DNA from: Candidatus Sumerlaeia bacterium
GTDB taxonomy: Bacteria; Sumerlaeota; Sumerlaeia; SLMS01
Assembly (NCBI GenBank): GCA_038208905.1
Contig: JBBQYG010000111.1
Location: 1 to 13,358, forward strand
Direction of reading: 5' to 3'
Length of the DNA: 13,358 bases
The notes under the pieces were generated by a model. It had not been told where the DNA came from and did no database searches. It saw only the letters and a list, made by a program, of their open reading frames with translations. Made by a program: the position numbers and the translations under genes. Shown here piece by piece: positions 13,292 through 13,358 of the stretch. Numbering within the stretch: the stretch's first letter is position 1; each line of letters begins with the position of its first letter.

Positions 13292-13317
13292 GGTAGCATG
13301 GTGCGTCTCGCCCATGC
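13292..13317. repeat. GTAG-type REP copy downstream of the deacetylase
   Basis: GGTAGCATGGTGCGTCTCGCCCATGC; same family as 5858 and 5948. Confidence 0.75.
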
Positions 13318-13358
13318 GGCGGCACCCGAAAGCACGGCTGGCAGTTGAGCGCTGGTCG

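Noticed and set aside
13321..13358. Second inverted REP arm after 13317
   Set aside because: Only GCACGG matches before diverging, and the window ends; cannot be supported.
1..13358. Prophage, genomic island, defence system or RNA genes
   Set aside because: No integrase, transposase, phage or defence motifs, and no tRNA/rRNA-like sequence recognised; composition is uniform apart from short patches.

Overview
High-GC bacterial chromosomal window of mixed housekeeping and cell-envelope genes; no rRNA, tRNA, CRISPR array, integrase or transposase is visible. Left to right: a large secreted beta-helix protein with a long Pro/Thr/Ser linker (minus strand, runs off the left edge, missing from the ORF track), HU, a DUF2997-like small protein, an orphan Wzm-type ABC-2 permease, a TauE/SafE exporter, an RsmD-like methyltransferase, an ALG10/DIE2-like GT-C membrane glycosyltransferase, a remnant of an Ig-like surface protein, a NUDIX hydrolase, kdsB, a secreted M14 zinc peptidase, a second GT-C-like membrane protein, and a class IV (HDAC11-like) deacetylase. 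The most unusual signals are four. (i) Three sequence-unrelated intergenic elements share one architecture: inverted arrays of 9-10 bp tandem units. (ii) A GTAG-type REP family has one copy read in-frame inside a CDS. (iii) Two extracellular-type proteins end in a linker plus W-[MV]-I-x tail, a candidate sorting signal. (iv) RsmD and the M14 enzyme carry altered catalytic motifs. All family assignments come from motif recognition by eye, not database searches.
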